Positions 1-10,453 of a stretch of DNA of 64,000 bases are shown here, piece after piece. The position numbers and the translations under genes are program-made. The notes under the pieces were generated by a model. It was not told where the DNA came from, did not search any database, and saw only the letters and a program-made list of their open reading frames with translations. Each line of letters starts with the position of its first letter. Positions within the stretch are counted from its first letter, which is position 1. This DNA comes from Pelagomonas calceolata (lineage: Eukaryota): the NCBI GenBank assembly GCA_918797485.1, contig CAKKNE010000002.1, positions 4,712,001 to 4,776,000 on the forward strand, read 5' to 3'.

Positions 1-144
1 TAGAGGTACGGCGGGTAGTTGGTGGCGGCAGCCGCGACGAGCCTAAGAACGTGCGGGTTTCAGAGCGAGAGCAGTATTCGCAGGGAGACCAGTCACAAGC
101 GCCTCCCCGACAGATCTTTTTTCGGGGGCGCCGCCCCGCGCGCG
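1..144 (+). repeat. Dispersed repeat R, copy 1 (cut by window start)
   Basis: Near-identical to 2173..2318 (tagaggtacggcgggtagttggtggcggc ... cagatcttttt-gggggcgccgccccgcgcgcg). Confidence 0.9.
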
Positions 145-245
145 TTTCTCTAGTAGCTTTTGGCCGGCGCTGTTGATTGTGGCGCTGCGATTGGTCGGGA
201 GGGCACGGTTCCGGGGGCGAGGAGTCGTGCGCCGGGCCTTCGTTT

Positions 246-273
246 GCTTGCTAGTGTCTTACAGGCCGCTAGC
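246..273 (+). promoter_or_regulatory. Conserved double-CTAG upstream motif, copy 1
   Basis: gcttgctagtgtcttacaggccgctagc; recurs at six other intergenic sites. Confidence 0.6.
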
Positions 274-430
274 TAAAGCGCTCTCGCAACCAAAAACGAG
301 CTGTACTTGGCTTCGTGGGCAGCATCGGTGGTGATTTCTCGGTTTAAGCCCGCTGATTGATTGACGCAGCTGCCGTACAATTTGCCTGCGCTGTGCAGTA
401 CTGCACTGAGGCAAAACAACACCGCGCTGC

Positions 431-487
431 CAATGGACAAGGAAACAGCGGAGGCGCTGACGAGAACGAAGGCGCTCTACGACGCCG
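431..487 (+). pseudogene. Relic 5' end of a SHOCT-family gene (MDKETAEALTRTKALYDA)
   Basis: Almost identical to 2525..2581, the start of the intact paralog; similarity then stops abruptly. Confidence 0.8.
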
Positions 488-595
488 CCGCGGTGCTAGA
501 GACGTCGCACCCTCGCGCAGCGAAGCGGTGGTGACGCAAACGCAACACCGACACCACAAAAACCAAACAGGCAACATTGGTGGCGGACGCTCTGC

Positions 596-2089
596 ATGGC
601 CTCCTTGGCGGCGGCCCTGGCGCCGCCGCCGCCGGTGCGTATTGGTTATGTGACGGACATCGAGGGGAACCTCGACTATTTCCGCCGCTACGTGCGCGCG
701 TCGGGCGTGCTGCGCTTCGACGACGACGCGGAGACGGAGCTGCGCTTCGCGGACGACGGCTGCAGATTCGTCTTCGGCGGCGACGCGGTCGACAAGGGCG
801 ACGGCGACGTGCGCCTCTGCCGCATGCTCGCGGACCTGAGCGACCGCTACGGCCGGGACCGCGTCGCCCTGCTCGTCGGCAACCGCGACCTGAACAAGCT
901 CCGCTTCACGGCGGAGCTGTCGCCGGAGGCGCTCGCGACGCCGCCGGAGGCCGTGCCCGGGCCGCACTGGGACGACGCAGCGCCCCGGCTCGCGGACTAC
1001 CTCAAGTCGAAGAGCCTCGACGACTCGCGGGCGAACCGGCTCCGGTGGATGCTCGAGCACACGCTCGGCTGCCCCGGGACCTTCGAGTTCCGGAGGGCGG
1101 AGCTGAAGCAACTACGAAACGGGGCCGACGTGACGGACGACGACGTCGTCGACTCGTGCGTCGGCGAAGTGCTCCCCGGCGGCGCGCTCCGCGCCTACCT
1201 CGAGCGCGCGTCCGTCGCGGCGCGGTTCGGCTCGACGCTCTTCGTCCACGGCGCCGTCGACGCGCAGACCGCCGGCTTCGTGCCCGATAAAAACACGCGC
1301 TTCCGCGTCGGGAGGCACGGCGACGCGGGCTTCCCGCCGACGAAAAGCTTCATGGGCGAGCGCGACGTCGACGCCTGGGTCCGCGACCTCAACGCGCTCC
1401 TCGCCTGGGGCCTCGAGGACCACCTGGCGCGGCCGACGTTCGCCGCCGACGGCTCGCGCGGCGGCGACTGCCTCCTCGCGCTGCAGAACCGCTGCGCCGT
1501 CTGGGGCCGATCCGTCGTGTCCAACTGCTACGCCGACGGCGGCAACGTCGACTCAAGATCCGCGATGACGCGGCGCGCGCGGATCTGGGCCGCGGTCCGC
1601 GAGGGCGCGTCGACGGGCGCCTACGACGCGCGCGCGTTCGAGGCGTCGACCAAATACACGTCGGACGCTAGGGACCCGGCGGTCCACGCCTGGCTCCGGC
1701 GCTCCGGCGTGAAACGCGTCGTCGTCGGCCACCGGCCCGTCGGCGACTCGCCCGCGCTGCTGCGGGCGGCGGCCGGCGGCGTCGAGGTCGTCATGGCCGA
1801 CACGTCCTTCGCGGACGTCGCCGCGCCGGACAAGCGCGGCGCGAGCCTGGTCGTCGCGACCTTCGAGGGCGACGACCTCGAGCGCACGGCGACGCGCATC
1901 GTCGGGTCGCGCGCGGACGGGGCGAGCTACGAGGTCCGGGTCCCCGCGCCCGGCGACGACGCGGACGCGGACGACGTCCTCGGCACGGTCGACGCCGACG
2001 GCTGGTGGTGCAAGGCCCGCTGTGAAGACGGGTTCCTCTTCTCGCGCGGCGACGGGCGCAAGGTCGAGTACGACCTACGACCTCCTTAA
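596..2089 (+). CDS. Calcineurin-like metallophosphoesterase (497 aa)
   Basis: Motifs TDIEGN, GGDAVDKG, LVGNRD, FVHG, VVGH in the expected order. Confidence 0.85.
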   Translation: MASLAAALAPPPPVRIGYVTDIEGNLDYFRRYVRASGVLRFDDDAETELRFADDGCRFVFGGDAVDKGDGDVRLCRMLADLSDRYGRDRVALLVGNRDLNKLRFTAELSPEALATPPEAVPGPHWDDAAPRLADYLKSKSLDDSRANRLRWMLEHTLGCPGTFEFRRAELKQLRNGADVTDDDVVDSCVGEVLPGGALRAYLERASVAARFGSTLFVHGAVDAQTAGFVPDKNTRFRVGRHGDAGFPPTKSFMGERDVDAWVRDLNALLAWGLEDHLARPTFAADGSRGGDCLLALQNRCAVWGRSVVSNCYADGGNVDSRSAMTRRARIWAAVREGASTGAYDARAFEASTKYTSDARDPAVHAWLRRSGVKRVVVGHRPVGDSPALLRAAAGGVEVVMADTSFADVAAPDKRGASLVVATFEGDDLERTATRIVGSRADGASYEVRVPAPGDDADADDVLGTVDADGWWCKARCEDGFLFSRGDGRKVEYDLRPP

Positions 2090-2129
2090 AGTCTAAGAAG
2101 CTCCAGTGTGTGGGAAATGACTACGTCGG

Positions 2130-2318
2130 CGCCGGGCCGGGCCAAGTCCAAGACCCGCCTAGGACTCTTTTGTAGAGGTACGGCGGGTAGTTGGTGGCGG
2201 CGGCCGCGACTGAGCCTAACGAACGTGTGGGTTTCAGAGCGAGAGCAGTATTCGCAGGCAGACCACTCGCAAGCACCTCCCCGACAGATCTTTTTTGGGG
2301 GGCGCCGCCCCGCGCGCG
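2130..2318 (+). repeat. Dispersed repeat R, copy 2
   Basis: 3' part matches 1..144; 5' part (gccgggccgggccaagtccaagacccgcctaggactctttt) matches 4171..4211. Confidence 0.9.
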
Positions 2319-2526
2319 GACTCCCAATCAGCGCAGATCAACAAGAGCTTATTAGAATTGCCGCCTGCGTTGGGAGACGTAGAGGCAGCGCGCGGTCTGT
2401 GGCGCTATCTATACGCGTGATCGGTCTGCGCTGCTCCCGGGGCAGCACAACCCCAGCAAAAAGTTTGTGCTCTCAGAGGGGAAGTGGGTTGAGACTGGAT
2501 CCTCGTAGCTCTACGAAGCAGCCTCA

Positions 2527-3498
2527 ATGGACGAGGAAACAGCGGAGGCGCTGACGAGAACGAAGGCACTCTACGACGCCGGCGTCTTGACGGAAGAAGA
2601 ATACAACGCCAAGAAAGAAGAGTTGCTCCACGCGCCAGCCGTCGTCGTCGCGCAACCGCCGGCCAACGAACACGGAGGCGTCGTCCAGGGCCACGTCGTC
2701 GTCGCGCAACCGCCGGCCAACGAACACGGAGGCGTCGTCCAGGGCCACGTCGTCGCCGTGCAACCGCAGAAAGTCCACCCGGAGCCTCGTCCAGGCTCAG
2801 AACCAGCGGCGCGCCGGCGTCGCCGCCGTCGCGGACGCCCCGCAGGAACCGAGGACATCCTCGCCAACTACCGTTCGGACGAGGAGGCGTCGCGCGCGGC
2901 CACGCGGATACAAGCGGAAGCGCGGCGATCCGCGGCTTGGAAGGACTTCCCGCTGCCGCCCGGCGCGATTTCCGCCACGAGTTTGCAAGGATGGTGGTGC
3001 GTGCGCCGGCGCTGAAGACGTCGCGATGATGCCGACGCGATCGTCTCCCCCCGCAGGTTCGGCCCTGGCCCAATCGGTATTTGCTGCTGGGGGGTTGCCC
3101 CCGGTATCCTCCTTTTGCCGTTAGGCTGTCCTTGTTGGTGTTTCAAGTTCGAGGCACGAGGGCACAATCGACTCATGATGACCAACCTGTGCGGTTGCGA
3201 TCGCCACGACGGATACAGTCGCGAGCGCGACTCCAAGAATTTCAAACGGAACGTGTTCCAGCACAAGGGGGAAGGCAATCCATGGATGATAATCCACAAC
3301 TCGATCTGTGCTACGCATATCTGTGGCTATCACAGCGTTGGCCGTGACGTTAGCGGCAATCCGAATGGCGGCGTATTTTGCTGGGGTTGTATAACACCAC
3401 TCATGTGCCGCATCCCCGGGACGGTGCGCACGGCGTGGACAGACAGATACGGCTCAGCCGACGTCGCCACGACGCGGAACGGCGTTACAGGCTACTAA
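2527..3498 (+). CDS. SHOCT-domain, Cys-rich protein; exons 2527-2996 and 3057-3498 (303 aa)
   Basis: N-terminal ALYDAGVLTEEEYNAKKEELL (SHOCT-like); 60-nt GT..CAG intron 2997-3056 joins the frame of ORF 3115..3498; exact 54-bp tandem repeat at 2641-2748. Confidence 0.7.
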
Positions 3499-3540
3499 GC
3501 CGACGCGGGCAAGGCATCGCACGCGCCGGCGGCGGCCCAG

Positions 3541-4047
3541 ATGGATCGGGGCTTCCCCATCGCCGGGCACAAGGGGCCGCTGCGCCTGACGCTCGCGTCG
3601 CACCCCGGCCAAGCGCTCACGTTGGAAGGCGATTTCTGTTGTCCGTTTCCGCCGCCGGTCTGCTGCTGCTTCGCCTGCTGGTCCGGCGTCAGGCTAGGAG
3701 ACGAGCATCGCGCGATGCAAGTCTTCTACAAGCCGTACAACGGCCAGCTAGAACGCACCGAGGCCTGCAAAGAAATGCGCATACACAACAAGTGGGCAAA
3801 GTGGGAGCCCAACAATGAAGTGATTTCCTTCGCCTGCGGCTGCTTCGACTGCGTCACTCGCGAATCCTGGACCCTCTACTCGGACGGGACGATTCACTCG
3901 AAATATCATCCGGAGCTGGTGCTCGGCGCCCGCGACAAAGACGGCAAGCTCATCCTCGTGCGGCAGGAAGACCGGCGGAGACAACTGGTCTTCAAGGAAG
4001 TGCTCGCGATGGAAAAAATACCGGGACGAATAAACGTGCGAGGATGA
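3541..4047 (+). CDS. Cys-rich protein, or C-terminal half of the SHOCT gene cut off by a nonsense codon
   Basis: Same frame as the upstream gene; the frame reopens immediately after TAA 3496-3498. Confidence 0.55.
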   Translation: MDRGFPIAGHKGPLRLTLASHPGQALTLEGDFCCPFPPPVCCCFACWSGVRLGDEHRAMQVFYKPYNGQLERTEACKEMRIHNKWAKWEPNNEVISFACGCFDCVTRESWTLYSDGTIHSKYHPELVLGARDKDGKLILVRQEDRRRQLVFKEVLAMEKIPGRINVRG

Positions 4048-4144
4048 TTACTAGAATTGTCGATTCCCCCCCACTGATATTGTACGTCCGTCGCGTACGT
4101 GCGCTCCCGATAATCATTCTTGACTTCTTCGTCGACACTGCACA

Positions 4145-4211
4145 TGTAGCGGTACGGCGGGTTGGTGCGTGCCGAGCCGGGCCAAGTCCTAGACCCGCCT
4201 AGGACTCTTTT
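4145..4211 (+). repeat. Dispersed repeat R, partial permuted copy 3
   Basis: Two modules of repeat R in swapped order. Confidence 0.75.
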
Positions 4212-4484
4212 CGCTCGACGCATCGGCCCAGAGCAGTGGGCTAGACCTAAAAACGAGGTCCGCGCACAAGCTCGTAGGCGTAGGCTAGTATGAAAAATTC
4301 TAGTATCACGCCCGGTGCCAATCGAGGCTGTGCGCTGCGCCGGCTGTGCCGCGAAGAGCTGCCACCAGAGGGCTGCACGTCGCCAGTCGCACGAGCGGGC
4401 TGCCCGGCGCACGCCTCCGCCGCGAGGCAGCCGCTGGCCAACGAACCCTTCAGCTAGGGAGCCAACACGCGGTCGTAGGCCAGC

Positions 4485-7370
4485 ATGCCCAAAGCAAGCG
4501 AGACGGGCGAGCTCCACCGCCACGCCTCGCAGCGGTCCTACGCTTTTCATAACAACTTGCATGCGAATGCGCAGTCGAAGAGCGGACCGGTGCTGGCCAT
4601 CCTCGGCGCGGAGCCGCGGACGGCGCGGGCCCCGAAGCAGCACAAAGGGGAAGGCGTCGTCGCCCAGCTCGACCCGAAGCGGCCGCCGCAGCACTACTTC
4701 GCCGTCGTGACCCAGAGGTATCTCACGCTGACGCCCCTAGCGCCCTCCAAAACCATCGGAAGCACGGGCTACGCTCGAACAAGAGACACGGTCGTCGTCA
4801 AAGCCAAGAAAGCGCCCGAGAAGAAGCGCGTCCCCTTGGAGCCGTCGGCGTCGTGGCGGCCTGGGAGGAGGGGGACCATCGCGACGCCGGGGACCGCCGC
4901 CGTGATCGATGAAAGGCTGGAGAATGCTCTGGAAAAAAACGACGACGAGGAAAAAGAGGAGGAGGCGGAGGAGCTCGAGGGCTGGGATTCAAATATGGTC
5001 AATAGGATTGACTTGGACGAAGTGCGGTCCATCGAGGCGGTCCCGTTTTCGCTGCGGATGGCGACGATCGCCGAAGCAGCTGCAGAAGACGAGAAGAAGA
5101 CGAAGAAGACGGACAAGAACTCCTTAGATAGTTTTGAATTTGCAGACGCCGAGCTGGAGGCCCACGCCGTGCACGTGTTGATCGACGTGGAAGGTAGGAG
5201 ACCGTTCGTCGTCCTCACGTATCAAGAACAGTCGGACTTCAGCAACGAGTTGATAGGCGCGCACCGGACCGCTCTCCGACGGAACGCCCTTGGTCTACGG
5301 CCGTCGAAAGTCGCAGATCCTCGGGCATTTGCCGCTGCTTACAATCTAAGGACGACGCGGCGCGACGCGACGGAGGCCGACCTGGACCACGCCTTTTCCG
5401 TGATCGACGAACTGGAGAATGCGATCTGCGACGATAGCGACGACGACCACGTTTATGACGATGAGGCCGAAAGGGAGCACGACCTCCTCCAGAAAAGGAA
5501 GCAGGATCAACGTTACAAAGAGTACGGGGAGAGGATGGCCAAGAATCCAAGCATGCCCCTGCCATTGATAGTAGCAAGGCCGCCGAACGGCAGGCTCGAG
5601 AAGGTACGGAGGCTGGAAGACGACGGCTGTTACCGAGACGCCAGGTTGCTGCGCGATGTGGAGGACGACCTCGCCACGGACGTGGCCCTCAAACGGGCCT
5701 TCTTCACGTCTGGGAGGTTAGCCGCGCGCATTTTGGCCTGGGTCGAGCGGCTGTCGTCGGATATTGCCGCTTGCGCGGACCTCGAGGGGGCCTACTGCGC
5801 CGCCTACGACCTGGATGACGACGACGACCAGGCTAAAAGAGTGATACGGAAGGCCCAGACCGGTTTGGTGGTGCGAGCCGTGCAAGGTCTGAAGATTCTC
5901 CGGGCGGCCCTGCACGACGCGCGGGGCGTCAAGGAGCGCTTCGGCATCATGCGTTTCCGGTTCTGGTCGCCGTCGCGAATCGTCCAAGCTTTGGCGAGGG
6001 ACCACTTCAACCACACGGATCGCGTCCAGGAGAAAGAAGATTTAAGACGCGCGAGGGAAGCGCGAGCGACTCGTAGGAAGCAGATCGCCGCCGCGGGCTC
6101 CGAGAAAGCGGCCAAGGACCATAGAAAAACTGCGCGCGAGGCCCTGCAACGAGCGCGAGAAACATTCATCCAGAAGCACCTGACGCACCACACGAGTACG
6201 CCAAGTACGCCCGGCGCGCCGGCGACGCCGCACGCCGCCGTCGCCGCCTTCTCCGCGGCGCTGTCGAAGCCCGCGCCTTCCCGAAAAGTTGTTTCGTACC
6301 GCTCGATCACGGAAGAAATGACTCCCGGCGAAACTTTTGCCGATGCGGCGTATCGACTATCGCGGGGCTGCGAAACCACCCAGAAGCGCCAGGCCATCCT
6401 GACGGCCGTCAAGGCGGCCTCGTCGACCAAGAAGCTTTCAGGTGGCATCGCGTCCGCAGCAACCAGGTTGCTGGCGTCGCCTGTTAAATCGATAGACGAC
6501 GACGACTCGAGCGTGTCGACGACGTCCACGGCGTCGTCGGCATTGTTTAGGGCCGCCCAGTCGATGCAGCAAGATTCGCCGTCGGTCGCCTCTTCCAAGA
6601 GTAGAGCGGAGTCGTTCGGGGACCTCGTACCTCAATCGTCAGACTCGTCCGTCTCGGTCCTGCAGCGGCCGGCGGCGGTCTTCGTGCACGACGACGGCGC
6701 GGCCACGGCCTTCGGGGACGTGCCGACGTTGCGAGGCGACGCGTTTCTCGCGACGGACGACGCGCTGCACTTCACGCGGTTGCTAGATGCCCAGGTGGAT
6801 GTGCTCGTGGCTCTCGACGACGTCTGCGACGCGCGCAAGCGGGAGGGCGACGCCCAGGTCTGGATCGCCGGGTTAAACGACGACGCGGACTCGATGCCCC
6901 GCCCCATGGAGGGCCGCTGGGTGGCCATGGCGCTGGCGCCCGGGAACGACACGGTCCACGGCTCCCGTTTACTTTTGAGTGCATTATTCGAGCGGTGCGT
7001 CGCGCTGGGTCTGCGGCTGGCCAAGGCGCCGGATCTGACTATTACTAGGAAAAACTTCTTTCCCGACCAGTCCCAGGCGATCGCCCTGTACGGCGCGGGC
7101 GACCAGTCGGCGCTCGCGTTATTGAACCACTCTACATTATTATTGGCGTTATTGAGAGCGGGACACATGGCCCGGGCGTGTGCCCACGAGTTTTGTCGAG
7201 ACGAGGTCGACGACTTCCTGGCCAAGGACGAGTTTTACGAGCCGCTGGACGCGAACCGCATCACGAGGCTAGCCGCGGCGAACCTGCGGGAGGCCGTGCG
7301 ACTCGCGCGCGCGGCGGGCGACTCGGCGCAGGCCGCGCGCGACCGGCAGCTGTCCGGTGGGCGGGTATAA
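4485..7370 (+). CDS. Hypothetical protein (961 aa)
   Basis: Long ATG-initiated ORF with protein-like composition; no family recognised. Confidence 0.75.
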   Translation: MPKASETGELHRHASQRSYAFHNNLHANAQSKSGPVLAILGAEPRTARAPKQHKGEGVVAQLDPKRPPQHYFAVVTQRYLTLTPLAPSKTIGSTGYARTRDTVVVKAKKAPEKKRVPLEPSASWRPGRRGTIATPGTAAVIDERLENALEKNDDEEKEEEAEELEGWDSNMVNRIDLDEVRSIEAVPFSLRMATIAEAAAEDEKKTKKTDKNSLDSFEFADAELEAHAVHVLIDVEGRRPFVVLTYQEQSDFSNELIGAHRTALRRNALGLRPSKVADPRAFAAAYNLRTTRRDATEADLDHAFSVIDELENAICDDSDDDHVYDDEAEREHDLLQKRKQDQRYKEYGERMAKNPSMPLPLIVARPPNGRLEKVRRLEDDGCYRDARLLRDVEDDLATDVALKRAFFTSGRLAARILAWVERLSSDIAACADLEGAYCAAYDLDDDDDQAKRVIRKAQTGLVVRAVQGLKILRAALHDARGVKERFGIMRFRFWSPSRIVQALARDHFNHTDRVQEKEDLRRAREARATRRKQIAAAGSEKAAKDHRKTAREALQRARETFIQKHLTHHTSTPSTPGAPATPHAAVAAFSAALSKPAPSRKVVSYRSITEEMTPGETFADAAYRLSRGCETTQKRQAILTAVKAASSTKKLSGGIASAATRLLASPVKSIDDDDSSVSTTSTASSALFRAAQSMQQDSPSVASSKSRAESFGDLVPQSSDSSVSVLQRPAAVFVHDDGAATAFGDVPTLRGDAFLATDDALHFTRLLDAQVDVLVALDDVCDARKREGDAQVWIAGLNDDADSMPRPMEGRWVAMALAPGNDTVHGSRLLLSALFERCVALGLRLAKAPDLTITRKNFFPDQSQAIALYGAGDQSALALLNHSTLLLALLRAGHMARACAHEFCRDEVDDFLAKDEFYEPLDANRITRLAAANLREAVRLARAAGDSAQAARDRQLSGGRV

Positions 7371-7646
7371 CTGGGTTTATTTGAGCTAGTTATGATCTGC
7401 CCGGGCGCCGCGCCCACTTCACTACCCATCTCACTACCCGGCCAGTGACTCGTGATACGCACGGTGACGTCGATACCAGTGGCACTCAGGTTCAGGCTGA
7501 TGGCATCCATACTAGTACTCCGAGTCCGAGTCACCACGGGGAGCCGCGAGCGTTCAGGCAACGGTGTACTTAGGACCAGTACGCCAGGGGGCAGACTAGA
7601 CGGAAAGACCACGGACGGTCTCGTCGACGCGACGGATCATGACGCC

Positions 7647-9432
7647 TCACACGGCCTCGTCGCCGCGGGGCTGCTCGTCGCATATGTCGGGCGCCGGCGG
7701 CCCGCCCTCGCCCCGCTCCCTTCTACGATCAGCCTCCCTTTGTTCCAGCTCTTCTTTGGAGGCACCACCTCCAATATTATCCATCCAGCCGGCCTTGTTG
7801 TGTTTGCCTCCCACCGCCTCCTCGTCGTGGTAACCTGCGTGGAAATCATCGCGTCGACCTCCACGCCATCGACGCGACGCCACGCACCCGACACACTGCT
7901 TGATTTCCACACAGATGATAACGCTTCACGTGCCAGCCCTTCGCGTCGAAGTTCAACCCGGCGTCGCGCAGCATCGTCAGCGTGCCCCGTCGCTCCGGAA
8001 AGCACGTCAGCCGGCACCCGCCCCCGCAGCAGTACCCCAGCGAACCGCCGACGCAGCCGCGGCACGGCCCGAGCAGCCCCAGACCCTCGTGGAACTCCAT
8101 CGTCTCCGTGCCGACGGACCGCGACGCCCCGACGAAGTAGACGTCGTCGACGTTGGCCACGAAATCCTCGACGCACATCCAGAAGATGCCATCATCACTT
8201 TCCCGATCTACTCGTTTCCCCTTCATCGACGTCACGCCTTCAGCCATCCAGGCCGCGTCCTTATCCGAGTACTTTCCTTGCCATTCGCCTTGCGCGTGGG
8301 GGTTCCTTATTTTCAGTAACTTGGCGCCCGACGAGAGCTTGGCGCAGTCCAGGATGCTATAAGCATGGCCCGTGATCAACCCCTGCTCGGCCTTGGCGAA
8401 GGAGCAGCCCACCAGCATGTTTGGGGGTCGTACGTCCATGACAAACCCATGAGACAAAGTCCCATGGATGACGTCGAAGAACTGGTCGTTTGACGTACTT
8501 TGGCAGTACTTCTGGACATCCATCAGGACCCCGTGGTTGCCCGTGAAGCTTTGTAACGCTAGAATCACGTGGCCACCCTCGAGATACCCGTAGGCGCCCC
8601 ACAATTTCGCGAAGGCCTTTTCGAGTAGTAGAACCCAGAGCTCCGGGCCGTTCGGCCGCGAGAAGCGTGGGTGTAGTCCATCGTCGGTCATCGGGATCCG
8701 ATCGTCTATCACGACCGTGGTCCACCGCTCATACCGTACGTCATACAATCTTATACGGTAAATACCACAGGGCTCCACAAAATTCGTCAGGAATAGAGAT
8801 CTTATTATCTCCGGATGGGCCTCAGCTATCGCGCCGATCGCAGCGAGTAACCAGCAGTTCCCAAGGCCTCCTTGTTGCACATCTGCGGCTTCGATCTTGC
8901 CTTCAAATAACTGCGCTCTACCTTTCTCTTGGCCATCTCGCGACTCAACGACGTCCGTAGCTCTAGACCAAGGTATGGTAGCTTCCGAACAGGGGTTGTG
9001 GCAAACACACACGATCTTCGCGCAGCAACAACAAAAAAAGTCCAAACAAGGCTTCGGCCCTCGACCCAACAAGTTATACCCGATCGACGCGTCGTTCGCC
9101 GGGAACCACATGTCCCGGTACTTCGGGAAGACCTTGCCGCATCTCAGGATCTCGCAGCAAAACTTCGACAGCATCATATGCAGCGTTGTGAGTAGGCACG
9201 GGATGACGTAGATCCGCAACCAACCAAGAGCGAAGGCGAAGGGTGCCAGGAACAGATTGGCCAGACAGGCCAACAGCAGACAGAACGGCCGCGGGAAGTA
9301 CCAGCACACTGGTCCCTTTTCTTTTTGGCGCACGTCCCAGAGACACGTCTTGGACAGGGCGCAGCCCCCCACGTTGCAGCAGGGCGGGTCGCCCATGTTG
9401 ATGGTCTTGCTGGGCTGGACCTTGGCCGCCAT
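7647..9432 (-). CDS. Calpain-family (CysPc) cysteine protease with Cys-rich hydrophobic N-terminus; exons 9432-7923 and 7834-7647 (565 aa)
   Basis: Triad motifs QQGGLGNCW, GHAYS, IRNPH; LLEKAFAKLWGAY; splicing gives ...VKRYHDEEAV... Confidence 0.9.
7835..7914 (-). mobile_element. Introner element in calpain gene (intron 7835-7922)
   Basis: TIRs ctgcgtggaaatca / tgatttccacacag; TSD on minus strand GTTATCAT vs GTTACCAC. Confidence 0.9.
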
Positions 9433-10133
9433 GGTCTACGCTACGGCGTTACGACTCGGGTCTTCTGGCTGCCGTGAGTGCTCTGCAGCCACACTGGGAT
9501 TACGATTGGGCAAAGTCCTGGGGCTGCCCGAGGAGTGTGGCCTACAGTAGGACTTCGGATGCTCGAGGCAGCGTCTCCTCGGGGCTGCCGTGGAGAACTT
9601 GTGCCCAGGGGCAGTTCAGGTACCTCTTAAGCTGCTGTGGCAGTGATCTGACCCGCGCTGGACGATCGAGCGCCGCAATACCCGCACGTTCAAAAGTCTT
9701 CGGCTACGTAAACGTCCGCGGGCGACGGAACGGCCGCGGGAAGTACCAGCACACTGGTCCCTTTTTTTTTGGCGCACGTCCCAGAGACACGTCTTGGACA
9801 GGGCGCAGAGCAGGGCGGGTCGCCCATGTTGATGGTCTTGCTGGGCTGGACCTTGGCCGCCATGGTCTACGCTACGGCGTTACGACTCGGGTCTTCTGGC
9901 TGCCGTGAGTGCTCTGCAGCCACACTGGGATTACGATTGGGCAAAGTCCTGGGGCTGCCCGAGGAGTGTGGCCTACAGTAGGACTTCGGATGCTCGAGGC
10001 AGCGTCTCCTCGGGGCTGCCGTGGAGAACTTGTGCCCAGGGGCAGTTCAGGTACCTCTTAAGCTGCTGTGGCAGTGATCTGACCCGCGCTGGACGATCGA
10101 GCGCCGCAATACCCGCACGTTCAAAAGTCTTCG
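9283..10133. repeat. Tandem duplication of calpain 5' end plus promoter (9283-9702 and 9728-10133)
   Basis: 420-bp and 406-bp copies, identical apart from 13-bp and 1-bp deletions; 25-bp spacer. Confidence 0.95.
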
Positions 10134-10453
10134 CTTCTACTGCTCAACGACGCCTCGTCAAGCCTCCCAGCGCGACCCGACGACCCATCTCCGCGTTTGC
10201 GGATGGCCTTACGCATTTTTGCGAGGCTGGGCCACAGCTTAGAGATCCGCTGCGCAGGCCCGTGGCAGGCAGACAAGAGCTTTCGCAGCACCACGGCATA
10301 GCTGGGACCTCACAGCTTTGCCTGCTCGCGCTCGGCGCTGCGCGGCGCTCGCCGGCAAGCAGATTTGCCTCGCTCTCCGAGACACGTGTAAACCAGCATT
10401 CGCGGGCGCGCGCGGGCGAGGGCGCCGTCGCGCTGAGCCGCGCGCGACGCACG

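Noticed and set aside
9905..10453. N-terminal extension of the KH ORF
   Set aside because: Non-ATG start running through the duplicated promoter; first ATG and protein-like sequence begin at 10454
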